The translations under genes and the position numbers were made by a program. A DNA stretch of 64,000 nucleotides. Source: Octopus bimaculoides. Lineage: Eukaryota. The notes under the pieces were generated by a model. That model was not told where the DNA came from. It did no database searches and saw only the letters and a list, made by a program, of their open reading frames with translations. Of the stretch, positions 51,650 through 64,000 are shown in pieces (positions within the stretch are counted from its first letter, which is position 1; the number at the start of each line of letters is the position of its first letter). Location of the stretch: NCBI RefSeq assembly GCF_001194135.2, contig NC_068999.1, positions 13,086,106 to 13,150,105 of the forward strand, written 5' to 3'.

Positions 51650-51960
51650 CGATTAATCAGTAATACCAATTTTAACGATCTTTAAAGTTTTATTCATTTT
51701 ATACTTTGGCTACTTCTATAACATCAACATCAAATTGTAATTAAACCATTAATTCTTGTGTAGGGCGATAAAATTACAGTTTCATAAGTGTCAAAGTTTC
51801 ATCTCATTCGTTAAAAAAGAATCATTGTACCTAACGTAATTATGTAAATCGAACCAGTTATTTGGTTGGGTAATATATTTTAAATTTGATAAATACTCTT
51901 CGATATTTTCGTAGCATGCTAAATCGGCAATGAAAAGTTTTCTCCCAAAATAGTAACAAA
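51650..51960 (+). repeat. Dispersed direct repeat, copy 1 (unclassified)
   Basis: ggctacttctataacatcaacatcaaattgtaattaaaccat...attatgtaaatcgaaccagttat...gcatgctaaatcggcaatgaaa is alignable to 61965-62345. Confidence 0.85.
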
Positions 51961-53584
51961 TAAAAGGCCGGTCTATTTTTCTTTTGAATTTTTCTAATTA
52001 ACTAACTTTCTTCATATTACATTCCGACGTGAACTTCCACTGATGTAAATGTCCGTTTATCACATAAACGAACCTACTTGCCTTAGGTTTATTTATGTAA
52101 TAATGGTGTGCACGCAATAGATTTATATTAAATTGATAGTAGAGGGAAGCATGCAACACGTATCTCGGCCGTCTTGAGTGTATGGTGAAGCTGATAGTGG
52201 CTACTTTGAGTTAACTATTCCTTACTTTTTTGCAACCTACCAAATTCCACCCGAACACCTTCTACAAGAATACCTATCTTGTAATTTCGACACTAAATTC
52301 CACACCTATCCAATTATTTAAGAATAATTTTCATTCTCAAAAATGTTCAGTAACATATAATTCGTGGGAAGTTGATGTTTCATCACTAATAATTGTTGTA
52401 GTTTTATATTTTAGTTTGAGACACCTTTGTTTTAAATAAAATCCCATATGATTTGCAGTGAGATTGATATAATTTAAATCATATTTCAATTGTTTAAATT
52501 TGCGACAAAAAAAGTTTATATTTGGATAGTCATATAGAAGGTGTTTCGCAATGAAGAATAACATCTTCCTATTTACAGATCTATCAACGTGTCCGTATGC
52601 TACGACCATGCATTAACTAAATGCGCGAACACAACTTCAAGAAGTGATTCATTTATATGAACGTAAAAACAAAAACACAGATACACAGACATATGAGAGT
52701 GTTAATTACCAGCCATGATACAGATTAACACATGATAATCCACAGGATTTGGGGCAACTACAGTTAGATTCTGTAATAATTTGGGGCATGGAGGGGTGTG
52801 CTATTTTCCCGAGCGTTATTATATATAGGAAAATGTAGAATTCAATATTTGTTATTTTCTGTGATGTAATTTTGTTAGAACTATTTGTAAAATCCTCACA
52901 TGTTTCCTCACAATTTTTGTCCCATAACCTCTTTATGCATTTAGATTTTCAACGGGAATCACGAATATGGACTGTAGCGTCAGGCACCTGCAGAATAGTA
53001 CAGGAATCAGAGACTCACCTCTACCAAAATGTTAGTGAACTAACAAAAGAAGCCTCGACAATTAAATAGATTTTCACATTTGAGAAATAGAAATTTTAGA
53101 AAGTCGCAATACACGCAGGGCTGAATGGTTTCTCTAATTAGACCCTATACAACATTCCAAGTGAATAATAACGTTGCGTTTTCGGAATCCATTGCTGCAA
53201 AGATTGCGGTAAATACACCAGTGTACTTTCGACACTTCGTTTTTATATACTTTGGAATAATGATTTTTGCATGTATTTAAGAACTGAGATCAAGGCATTT
53301 TATACGCTGCTAAACTATTTCATAAGAATTATCTAAAATTTGGCACAGAGACACTTTCAACGTTTGTCTGCGATGTATACCGTCTGAGTTTGTCTACGTT
53401 GTATACTGTCGATTGTGACACCAGTTCGCCCTTCCAAACACGGTATTCGAAAAATAATTGACACATTTACACTGTTTTCTTTCCAATAAGGACTGAACTA
53501 AAATGTAATTATATATTTACACCTGCTGCAAAACATTAAACGGTTTACAAATAAATTTTTTTTGGGGGGGTGGGGAAATTTGTC

Positions 53585-53690
53585 GATAGAGATGGATCCC
53601 GGGATTCCAGTGTCGGCTTCTCGACTGAGTTGAATTCAGTTGATTTTAGACACTAAAGTCATCATTCTGGTCCAAAGGCATTTGAATATT
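53585..53690 (-). mobile_element. Highly degenerate family 2 SINE fragment
   Basis: tttgtcgatagagatggat...gtcggcttctcgactgagttgaattcag loosely matches the reverse complement of the family 2 body and B-box. Confidence 0.25.
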
Positions 53691-54617
53691 TCCCACACAA
53701 TTTGTACTAATGATGCATGTGTTATCACAACTATATTCGTCTGAGAATTGAAGTTTGATTTGTAGACATATCAAAATACTCGATTATAGAAGTTTCTATA
53801 TTGTGTTAAATACTTTACATACAAGTGAAATGAAAATGTTTGAGTTCATGTTTTGTAAAACTTTGTACGACTAATTGTTCATACCAATCCCCTTCAAGCA
53901 ATCGCTTTCGAATGTTATTTGTTGCGCATGTTCACAGCACAAACCCCCAAGTTCTATTCTCAAATAACGAAGAAAAATCTAACGGTAAATATTAATGCAA
54001 CTATCAAGTAGTATTTCACAATAAAGGATGGCATATAGCTGTTATAACAAGAAAGACTGACCTGGTATCAAATTGAAAATCATTTATGCATTGAATATGA
54101 AATACAAAGCCCTATCACTGCTGTCTTCTGAAATATGGCATCAGAGTGTTGCTAGAGTTAGTCATCTTCCGGGAAAAATTCATAATCATTGCTCTTTAAA
54201 AATCCGAAGTTTTAAATGTCGGAGCACGATTTCCAATCTATATGCTTAATACTAGAGCGTCTCGGTGTAAGAATCTTGTGGACTTTAGCCAAAACTGCAC
54301 TTAATTGGGCTACCGTTAACATACAATTTCGACACTTACGAAACATGCAAACTGCTGCTGGTGTGAAACATTAAAAATAACGTACTGCATTTACCAATGA
54401 TAAGATAATACATCTACGTAGTATAGAAATGCAATAAAGTAGAAATGCGATACATTCGGTTAGATTGAAATTTCTGAAATAACTTGTGTTTCTAGAAGTT
54501 ATTACATTTGTCTATATATTTGGTATCTGTAAGTCTATTTATCTATGAATCAATCAATAATTCAAACAGAAAACAATAAATCAATTTATCTACCTGTCAA
54601 TCAATCTGCCTATCTAT

Positions 54618-54658
<41 letters not shown>

Positions 54659-55865
54659 TGTNNNNNNNNNNNNNNNNNNNNNNNNNNNNNNNNNNNNNNN
54701 NNNNNNNNNNNNNNNNNNNNNNNNNNNNNNNNNNNNNNNNNNNNNNNNNNNNNNNNNNNNNNNNNNNNNNNNNNNNNNNNNNNNNNNNNNNNNNNNNNNN
54801 NNNNNNNNNNNNNNNNNNNNNNNNNNNNNNNNNNNNNNNNNNNNNNNNNNNNNNNNNNNNNNNNNNNNNNNNNNNNNNNNNNNNNNNNNNNNNNNNNNNN
54901 NNNNNNNNNNNNNNNNNNNNNNNNNNNNNNNNNNNNNNNNNNNNNNNNNNNNNNNNNNNNNNNNNNNNNNNNNNNNNNNNNNNNNNNNNNNNNNNNNNNN
55001 NNNNNNNNNNNNNNNNNNNNNNNNNNNNNNNNNNNNNNNNNNNNNNNNNNNNNNNNNNNNNNNNNNNNNNNNNNNNNNNNNNNNNNNNNNNNNNNNNNNN
55101 NNNNNNNNNNNNNNNNNNNNNNNNNNNNNNNNNNNNNNNNNNNNNNNNNNNNNNNNNNNNNNNNNNNNNNNNNNNNNNNNNNNNNNNNNNNNNNNNNNNN
55201 NNNNNNNNNNNNNNNNNNNNNNNNNNNNNNNNNNNNNNNNNNNNNNNNNNNNNNNNNNNNNNNNNNNNNNNNNNNNNNNNNNNNNNNNNNNNNNNNNNNN
55301 NNNNNNNNNNNNNNNNNNNNNNNNNNNNNNNNNNNNNNNNNNNNNNNNNNNNNNNNNNNNNNNNNNNNNNNNNNNNNNNNNNNNNNNNNNNNNNNNNNNN
55401 NNNNNNNNNNNNNNNNNNNNNNNNNNNNNNNNNNNNNNNNNNNNNNNNNNNNNNNNNNNNNNNNNNNNNNNNNNNNNNNNNNNNNNNNNNNNNNNNNNNN
55501 NNATATATATATATATACGCACGTGTAATACACAACACACAATGCTACACTCAGACACATGTTTATGTGTTCGTATGTATGAATGTATGTACGTATGGCA
55601 AAATTATTCTTGGAAGGAAATGGGCTATTTTAATCGCGTGTTTAGGAAATGCAAACCAAAATCCAAATAAATAGTTTTGCCGTTTACCGTGTTAGAAACA
55701 GAAGTCAAATCTTATGTTAGAAAATGGAACACGTTAGACTACATATTCGGTAGGTACAACTGAATATCATATATACCACACGATAACTATTCCGCGTTTA
55801 ACGGTAGGCTGAATATTTCTGGTCTAACGTGGCATTCAACATCATAAATAAGTACATCATCCAAT

Positions 55866-55867
<2 letters not shown>

Positions 55868-55937
<70 letters not shown>
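55868..55937. repeat. (TAC)n microsatellite
   Basis: Directly visible. Confidence 0.97.
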
Positions 55938-56751
55938 TAGCTTCCGTCGGCACAGCTACAGGAAAGAACACGAAATGAAAGATATTACTCTCACCTTGTA
56001 TAAATAACTAAAAGAAAAATGTTACTGAAACATCATGCATAATAAATATAAATAAACAACATGAAAATCAAATCTGCGTGTAAAGAAGGCGAAACAAAGC
56101 TGCTATATTAAGAATCTCCAATTCAGCAAACAAGTTAATATAAGGGTTTAGTGCTAAAGCGATTTTTGGGTCATAGTTATTTGAATTCCTGATGCAATNN
56201 NNNNNNNNNNNNNNNNNNNNNNNNNNNNNNNNNNNNNNNNNNNNNNNNNNNNNNNNNNNNNNNNNNNNNNNNNNNNNNNNNNNNNNNNNNNNNNNNNNNN
56301 NNNNNNNNNNNNNNNNNNNNNNNNNNNNNNNNNNNNNNNNNNNNNNNNNNNNNNNNNNNNNNNNNNNNNNNNNNNNNNNNNNNNNNNNNNNNNNNNNNNN
56401 NNNNNNNNNNNNNNNNNNNNNNNNNNNNNNNNNNNNNNNNNNNNNNNNNNNNNNNNNNNNNNNNNNNNNNNNNNNNNNNNNNNNNNNNNNNNNNNNNNNN
56501 NNNNNNNNNNNNNNNNNNNNNNNNNNNNNNNNNNNNNNNNNNNNNNNNNNNNNNNNNNNNNNNNNNNNNNNNNNNNNNNNNNNNNNNNNNNNNNNNNNNN
56601 NNNNNNNNNNNNNNNNNNNNNNNNNNNNNNNNNNNNNNNNNNNNNNNNNNNNNNNNNNNNNNNNNNNATATATATACATATATATATATATACATATATA
56701 TATATAAATATACATACGCACACACACACACACACACACGCATATATATGC

Positions 56752-56795
<44 letters not shown>

Positions 56796-57974
56796 AAACA
56801 CATCGGTGTGTGTATGTGAGTGCGCGTACCTGTGTTTGAGGGCAGAATTCCCGTGTAGAAATATACGTATTGAATGCAACAAGCATTTTCTGAAGCCCAA
56901 CCTGCATTGAGAAAATATATATATATACAAACATTCTTTTAAAATCCGTGGAGCGTAACAGAAGTCGGTGACAATAATGAAGAACCGGAGTGAAAATCCT
57001 AATTGTTATTACTTTTATAGCATTCAGAGTAAATTGAGTTCCATCCTGATATGTAGAATAAAGAAGGAAAGGATAGAAATGGAATCATGTTTCTACGGTT
57101 TATTATCATTTGTGGCATGTGCTTACAGAGATAACGCCATTTCAGCTGGATCCTAAACTAATGCATATATGATAGGATTATTTATTGAATAAAGAACACC
57201 GTATTTGAACAAGAGAAAACCCATGATAATCGGGACTCATACAACTAAAACCAGTTTCATACTGCTTACAATTTTCTAGGAAATATATCATTGATCTAAT
57301 TTCTGATCGAATGACCTAACTATATACGATGTGCATGTTAACTCATCTATTGGCAGAAACGTACAATGAGTCAAGAAAGTCAAAAAACAAAATGATACAT
57401 TAGGAGAAAAATTATTGTAGAATATATATTTTATCCTAATAAACACGATCGTAATTCATATGGGAAGAAAAGGTTGAGGTAATTGGCTTCTTTCTAGTAA
57501 CATTTGCTATTGGAATATTTGTTTGGAAATTAGTGTCGTTATACCAAGGAAATGCTAAAGCATTATATATGAGCATATTTCTGTGAGTGCGTATACGGAG
57601 GTAGGGGCATACTTCTTTCTATCTACGCACACACATATATATATATACGTTTGTGAGTGGGTGTCTGTGTGCGCGTGTGTGCATATCCGCATATGAATGA
57701 GTAAGTGAGTGTCTACTTATAATTGCTTATATATATACACTATATGTTTCATTTTGGGATTTGGTTTGCAAGATTCTTTATGTGAGTTCGTGTGTTGAAA
57801 CATATTCTATTGTGTCTGAAGTGAGTCATTCTCTTTTAGTGCCTTATAATTTAATACACTCACAGGTAAACTTTTCACTCATTCACTTATATATTTTTCT
57901 AAAATCTTTCTTGCCTCTTGCAACCATTTCAATAGTTTTTCGCTCTGTCCGTTATCCGAGCTGCGTTCTTTTTG

Positions 57975-58545
57975 TTTGTTTCTGTGCACGTGTGTGGGTC
58001 AGTGTGTGTGTGCGCATACACATGTATGCATGTATGTGCGCATACATATATATGTATGCATGCATCTAACTATGAGTATGCATGTACGTGTATATGTGCG
58101 GATGTATATTTGTATGTTTGTATGTTTGTGTGTATGTATATTTCATATTCATGTGTTGGTGAGTTTGTGTGTTCGTGTTTATGCGTTTTTTATGTGTGTT
58201 TGTGTCTGCATGTCTGTGTGTTTAACTCTGTCTCCGTGTGTGTGCATGTCTGAGTGTCTGAGTGTATGTGTGTGTATGGGTTTTTTGTGATTATGTACTT
58301 TGTCTGTATGTATGAATGTGTAACTCCGTAAGCGTCATGCATGTCACCACAGGTGCCTTTGCGTGAAGTGAAGTGGGTGTGTTCCAGTCTTTATTTGTGT
58401 ATGTGTGGTTGTTCACATTGCCGCCGTAACTATCTGTCTGTATGTCTATATGTTTACTTTTATATCCATTTGTCTATATACGTGTGCATATGCATACACA
58501 TACATACACACACATACATACATACATACATACATACATACATAC
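57975..58545. repeat. Degenerate TG/TA-rich low-complexity region ending in (TACA)n
   Basis: Decayed purine-pyrimidine alternation; source of the C/V/M/Y-rich ORFs 57972-58919. Confidence 0.85.
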
Positions 58546-58883
58546 ATCTGCGGTATCCTGCCAACGCTCATACTTTCATTACTATTTACGTCACTGTGAA
58601 ATCTGTTATTTACCTAGCCATTTATGGCGTACTACGCGTTGTTATGCCTAGGTTGCATTGGATCCTTATAGGTAATCCATATCTATCTATATATCTATCT
58701 ATCTATCTATATATATATATCTATCTNNNNNNNNNNNNNNNNNNNNNNNNNNNNNNNNNNNNNNNNNNNNNNNNNNNNNNNNNNNNNNNNNNNNNNNNNN
58801 NNNNNNNNNNNNNNNNNNNNNNNNNNNNNNNNNNNNNNNNNNNNNNNNNNNNNNNNNNNNNNNNNNNNNNNNNNNNNNNNNNN

Positions 58884-58919
<36 letters not shown>

Positions 58920-59859
58920 TTTGGGTGTTGTATATGATTGCGTGATGTGAAATAATTGTGTTAATGTGATACTGAGTGAATACCTGTGTAGCTATGTTGA
59001 ATAAGTCATTGAGAAACGACTACGTGACGTAAATCATTTACCACCATTTTGAATTAATTATAAGTTTCCTGTTCACTGTCTCGACGTGATGTTTGCAATA
59101 CAGCTATTTTTACTCTATATTCACCTGTTAAGGTAGACACGATTTTGTACACAGTTTAGTAGGAATTATATAATCTCTACATCTAATTCTGTATCAGTTA
59201 TATGCTATATCAGAGGCGATTGTTTTTTTCTAATTATTAACTTATTATTACATATAACAATATACAATAATATTAGTTGATATGGACCTACAGATATAAT
59301 ACGACTCAGTAACAATGTATATAATTAACAAATTGCCATACATGCATTTATTTGTGAGCATTGCTTATGAAATCCAGTTGTCATTTATTTCCGATAGATA
59401 TGTCTTGAAGGTACCTAGGAAATATATCAGCGAAATAATATTATCTCCTCTTCCATAATTTGTTTTATATCCGTATCAACACATTTCCAGCTTCAATAAT
59501 ATTGGTTTTCAACGTATTTAACACCACAATGAAGGCATTCGCGTGAACTGAACGCCTATAACTGTTTTGTGGAAATATTATCTGAGGCTCTGATATTCAG
59601 AAGCCTATTAGTTTATTTCTCAAGTTCTGTAATCAGTTTGAGAAGTTTATTATATCAGACAATACTGGCGAGAGGAATCGACATGTTGATTTAGATACTA
59701 TACATTGATATCAAAGCAATCAGAACGCATTCGCCGTTCATTTATATTATTTTTTTTTTTTCTATCAGGGTCTAAAAGATATCTTTCAAGCACAGAATTC
59801 TTACAATTGAGCCAAACGCACAAAAGTATATGCATTTTAGGAAGGTTAATTCATATTAG

Positions 59860-60639
59860 TACTTTAGTTTTAAGCCTGGTAATTAATCTATAGATTATTG
59901 GCCTCATGGACAGGTTAGGAGTTCGTTAGCACACGAACACCGGTTGTGAGACGAAAGCGGGGGAACGAACACAGACACAAACACACACACGTACGCACAC
60001 ACGTGGCACGCTCATATATACACGCATAAACACACGCATAGTCACGCACAAACATACACACACACACGCACACATACACATACACACATACACACATATA
60101 CATATANNNNNNNNNNNNNNNNNNNNNNNNNNNNNNNNNNNNNNNNNNNNNNNNNNNNNNNNNNNNNNNNNNNNNNNNNNNNNNNNNNNNNNNNNNNNNN
60201 NNNNNNNNNNNNNNNNNNNNNNNNNNNNNNNNNNNNNNNNNNNNNNNNNNNNNNNNNNNNNNNNNNNNNNNNNNNNNNNNNNNNNNNNNNNNNNNNNNNN
60301 NNNNNNNNNNNNNNNNNNNNNNNNNNNNNNNNNNNNNNNNNNNNNNNNNNNNNNNNNNNNNNNNNNNNNNNNNNNNNNNNNNNNNNNNNNNNNNNNNNNN
60401 NNNNNNNNNNNNNNNNNNNNNNNNNNNNNNNNNNNNNNNNNNNNNNNNNNNNNNNNNNNNNNNNNNNNNNNNNNNNNNNNNNNNNNNNNNNNNNNNNNNN
60501 NNNNNNNNNNNNNNNNNNNNNNNNNNNNNNNNNNNNNNNNNNNNNNNNNNNNNNNNNNNNNNNNNNNNNNNNNNNNNNNNNNNNNNNNNNNNNNNNNNNN
60601 NNNNNNNNNNNNNNNNNNNNNNNNNNNNNNNNNNNNNNN

Positions 60640-60676
<37 letters not shown>

Positions 60677-60795
60677 CGGCGGACTTCTTTCAAATCTACT
60701 CACAGTTATTTGATCGGTCCAAGGGCTATAGTACAACTCACTTTCCAAGGGTACCGCGTAGTTGAACCCGGAACAATGTTGCTGGAAAATATTCA
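59860..60795 (-). mobile_element. Family 1 SINE with expanded internal microsatellite spanning a gap
   Basis: Body gttttaagcctggtaatt...caccggttgtgag...gggggaacgaacacagacacaaacac at 59860-59990, CA/TA tract plus N-run 60107-60639, head gggctatagtac...ttccaagggtaccgcgtagttgaacccggaacaatg at 60675-60790. Confidence 0.65.
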
Positions 60796-61964
60796 CTCAT
60801 GAGAATTCAGAGTAAGATAGGAACTCTTCCTTTTTCATTAACCTGGTAGAATTATTAGGTAATTAACCAGGCAATGGCTTATCTATTGGCTAGGTCTAGT
60901 GTATAATGCATTATCCTTAAAGCTCACGCACAAAGAAATCATTTATCATATCTGGAATGCATATGAATATATGTCGGTGAATGCTGAATTTCTATAAATT
61001 CAGTAATAAATACTAGATATAAATTTTCTTTAGAACACTCTTCTCTATACATATCTGCACTTCATCCAAGTTTCATGCCACATTATTATTTTTGTTTTGT
61101 ATATAGTAATTTTTTGCTTCTTTATTCCTCCTTTGTGTTGCAAGCAAACAAAATATGACGGAATCATTGAATGTTTCTCAGTTTATTTTTCACAGCTTAC
61201 TTGAATACATAATGGAGCATGTTAACAGCTATTACTCCTCGAAAATTGTCTATTTTACAGTTATTTCACGAAATCCCGTAACCGTTCGATCGGCAAGCAT
61301 GTATATCTCTATATACACACGTACACACATGTATATATATATATATATATGTGTGTGTATATNNNNNNNNNNNNNNNNNNNNNNNNNNNNNNNNNNNNNN
61401 NNNNNNNNNNNNNNNNNNNNNNNNNNNNNNNNNNNNNNNNNNNNNNNNNNNNNNNNNNNNNNNNNNNNNNNNNNNNNNNNNNNNNNNNNNNNNNNNNNNN
61501 NNNNNNNNNTATATATATATATATATAATCAATTTGTTAATACAAAGCAATATTTATATGATTTGAAAGTTATGTAAGGCAAAAGAGAAGCAACTGATGA
61601 TTCAATGTGAAAAATGATGCAACGATATAAAATTTGTGTCATGTACTTTTTTAACAACCAGTTGACAACAATCCTTTATAATATCCGGCACAAAAAAGGC
61701 AAGCTTGCAGGGTGAATTTATGAGGTGTAAGAGACCTGATCACAATGGCGTATATCAAATCTTCATGAACGGTTAAGAACATTAGCGTGCAAGTATATTC
61801 ATAGGCAAGGGAATGTTATGATTACTGAAGACTCCTTTCATTTACACCACCTGGTATTAACTGATCAACATATCGTTGAAGATAACTGTCCTTTTGTTAT
61901 TTACTGATTTTATTATTTCACGACTGCCATTTGAATATTATAAATGTTTAAATGCCAGTCCTTT

Positions 61965-62345
61965 CGATTATTCCGTAATTTCAGATTTAACGATCTTCCG
62001 AGTTTTATTAATTTTATACCTAGGCTACTTCTATGACATCAACGTCAAATTGTAATTAAACCATAAATTCTTTTGTATGGCGATAAAAGGCAGGGTTCCT
62101 GATATAATTTATGTGAATTCTCTATCCCGCTCTTGATTAAATGTCATCGAGTATTACTTTATAGTTTCCTGGATGTCAAACATTCATCTAATTATTGCTG
62201 AATTCATCATTGGACCTAAATTGATTATGTAAGTCGAACCAGTTATTGGTTGGTTAATTAATATATATTGTAACGCTGGTAGATATTCTTGGATATTTTC
62301 TATCATGCTAATCTGGCAATGAAACATTTTCTCCGAAATACGGTT
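61965..62345 (+). repeat. Dispersed direct repeat, copy 2 (unclassified), with about 70 bp extra
   Basis: ggctacttctatgacatcaacgtcaaattgtaattaaaccat...attatgtaagtcgaaccagttat...tcatgctaatctggcaatgaaa aligns with copy 1. Confidence 0.85.
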
Positions 62346-63117
62346 TCATATCATTCAAATACCTTTCATTAAATGTGTTTCTACTGAATAAAAGCCTTAT
62401 GTCCATTGAGCTGTGAGGTCTGTGTATATAATAGATTTGTATTAAATCAGTTGTAGTACAAATTCTGAACCAAATGTTGACAATCTTACACAACTTGTAC
62501 CAGTGAATTCGCCATATCTGTATATAAAGTGAACTGACAATTCTAGTATCCAAAATAAATACCTTGTGTATCATATTTGGTAATGGAATTTAAGAGATTA
62601 GAGGAAAAGACAATAGAGAGATTAATGAAATGTGTTATGTCCAGATTTCAAGCTATGTTTATATTTAAAATATCCCATTGGCCACTAACAGAGAAGGTCG
62701 TTGTGACGTGGTTTATGATAGGGGTAAATTTATTCAAGTCAGGATGAATTACTTTCACCGAATACACAACTTTCGTTTTTAGGGAAATACGGAAAAGCGT
62801 GTGAGAAATACAGAAATGCTCATTTGGATTTTCAGAGATTAAAATACTAAATATGACATTAGATGGAATATCATTGGTAGTTCTTCACGTTATAGTGTTG
62901 GAAATAGCAAATAGTATATGAAGCCTTGAAGAAATATTACATATCATTACCTTGAAATATGTTATTGAAATAGAAATTAATAAACAATACAATATGTATA
63001 TCCACAGAGAAAAACCTTTCCATACAACCCAATGGAATGGTGTTTTATGATTTATTTACATAGTAGTATTAAACAAGTAAAGACAGTTAAGATCGTTTTA
63101 ACATTAGTATGGATACC

Positions 63118-63225
63118 AAAGACACCGCTCGGGTAACGGATTTCGTTACCAGCGTTATACCAGCCGAAACGTATTATCAACAAAGAAGATGAGGACAAAT
63201 ATCCGTCGAATGTAAATATCATTTA
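63118..63225 (+). mobile_element. Probable Penelope pLTR remnant sharing the 48.7 kb motif
   Basis: cagccGAAACgt followed by atgaggacaaatatccgtcgaatgtaaa, and preceded by an imperfect hairpin at 63126-63154. Confidence 0.45.
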
Positions 63226-64000
63226 CAAACTTCTATGTCAATAAAATACTATTCGTCTTCAAAGATGTTTTTTTTATACTTTCTGCAGATTGCTTGAAGC
63301 TTATTAAATTCTAACGCTTGGATCCTTGTGTCCTACAATTACAAATAATTATACAAACACACAAACACACACACGCACATCTATATATATTTACATATAC
63401 TAACACAGACACACATGTACATCTTATCACCTTATGTTCCATTTTTACAAAATATTAACAATCGATAATGTTGGATGCTTAAGTAAACTTTAACGTTATT
63501 TTACGTAACAGTTAAACTCGATCACTTCGACATTTGAATAACTTTTGTTGCAAATGAAACTGTTTAGCGTTGTTACAAATTTAATACACGAAATAAATCC
63601 CATTTGATTAGAATGTGTCAATCAAATTAAAGAAAAAGAACACGCTCAGTAAATATTATTTGACTCACTCTCGATATCAATTATTCTCATACTTCAACCT
63701 CGTATTTGAAACTTATTGCGTATTCACTTATAATGAATACAAGTTACACGTGGTCTTTTTTTACACGTTTACTGTTTTTAGTTGTTTTTTTGTTGATTTT
63801 CTAAGGAAACAAATTTGTCTGTACGTTTTACGAGTCATTTCCTTTAGTACTTTATTGAGTAACGTTTACACAAATATAAAATTAGATATGTTACATATGA
63901 GGATTATTATGTCATTGTAAAAATGTGTCGTTTGTTTGTCGCAGACATTACAATTGGCATGATCTTTACAGAAGGTATGTTTTTCTTTAGAAATGAAAGA

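Noticed and set aside
52872-53069. ORF DFQRESRIWTVASGTCRIVQESETHLY with nearby splice-like signals on both strands
   Set aside because: No recognisable domain, and the implied minus-strand intron would be only 31 nt.
1-64000. Long ORFs in the track with poly-X, poly-I/L/R/S/Y/V or alternating HT/YI/CV/ER runs
   Set aside because: They are translations of microsatellites and N-gaps, not genes.
1-64000. CRISPR arrays, rRNA genes, bona fide tRNA genes, prokaryotic operon-like systems
   Set aside because: I saw no repeat-spacer periodicity or cloverleaf. A/B-box-like motifs occur only in SINE heads, and the sequence is eukaryotic in character.

Overview
AT-rich eukaryotic genomic scaffold, roughly one-third GC by eye, with 19 N-gaps that almost all open or close on (TA)n/(CA)n/(GA)n tracts. 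The SINE families and microsatellite load look cephalopod (Octopus-like); this is inference from recalled repeat sequences, not a database result. I found no intact protein-coding gene, tRNA/rRNA gene or CRISPR array, so the window reads as intronic or intergenic DNA. Nearly all long ORFs in the track are microsatellite or gap artefacts. Supportable content: (i) decayed non-LTR retrotransposon pieces (two R4/Dong-like REL elements, one CR1/L2-type RT, one RTE-type APE endonuclease); (ii) two mariner-derived fold-back elements with TA duplications, one built from two 3' ends and one from two 5' ends, plus a Tc1/maT-like N-terminal remnant; (iii) three tRNA-type SINE families; (iv) many microsatellites. 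The most interesting item is a nested inverted-repeat block at 6185-7130 carrying two copies of a 44-nt minimal type I hammerhead ribozyme of the Penelope/retrozyme kind, with further hammerhead- or pLTR-like remnants at about 27.8, 48.7 and 63.2 kb. A few splice-flanked micro-exon candidates are given at low confidence only.
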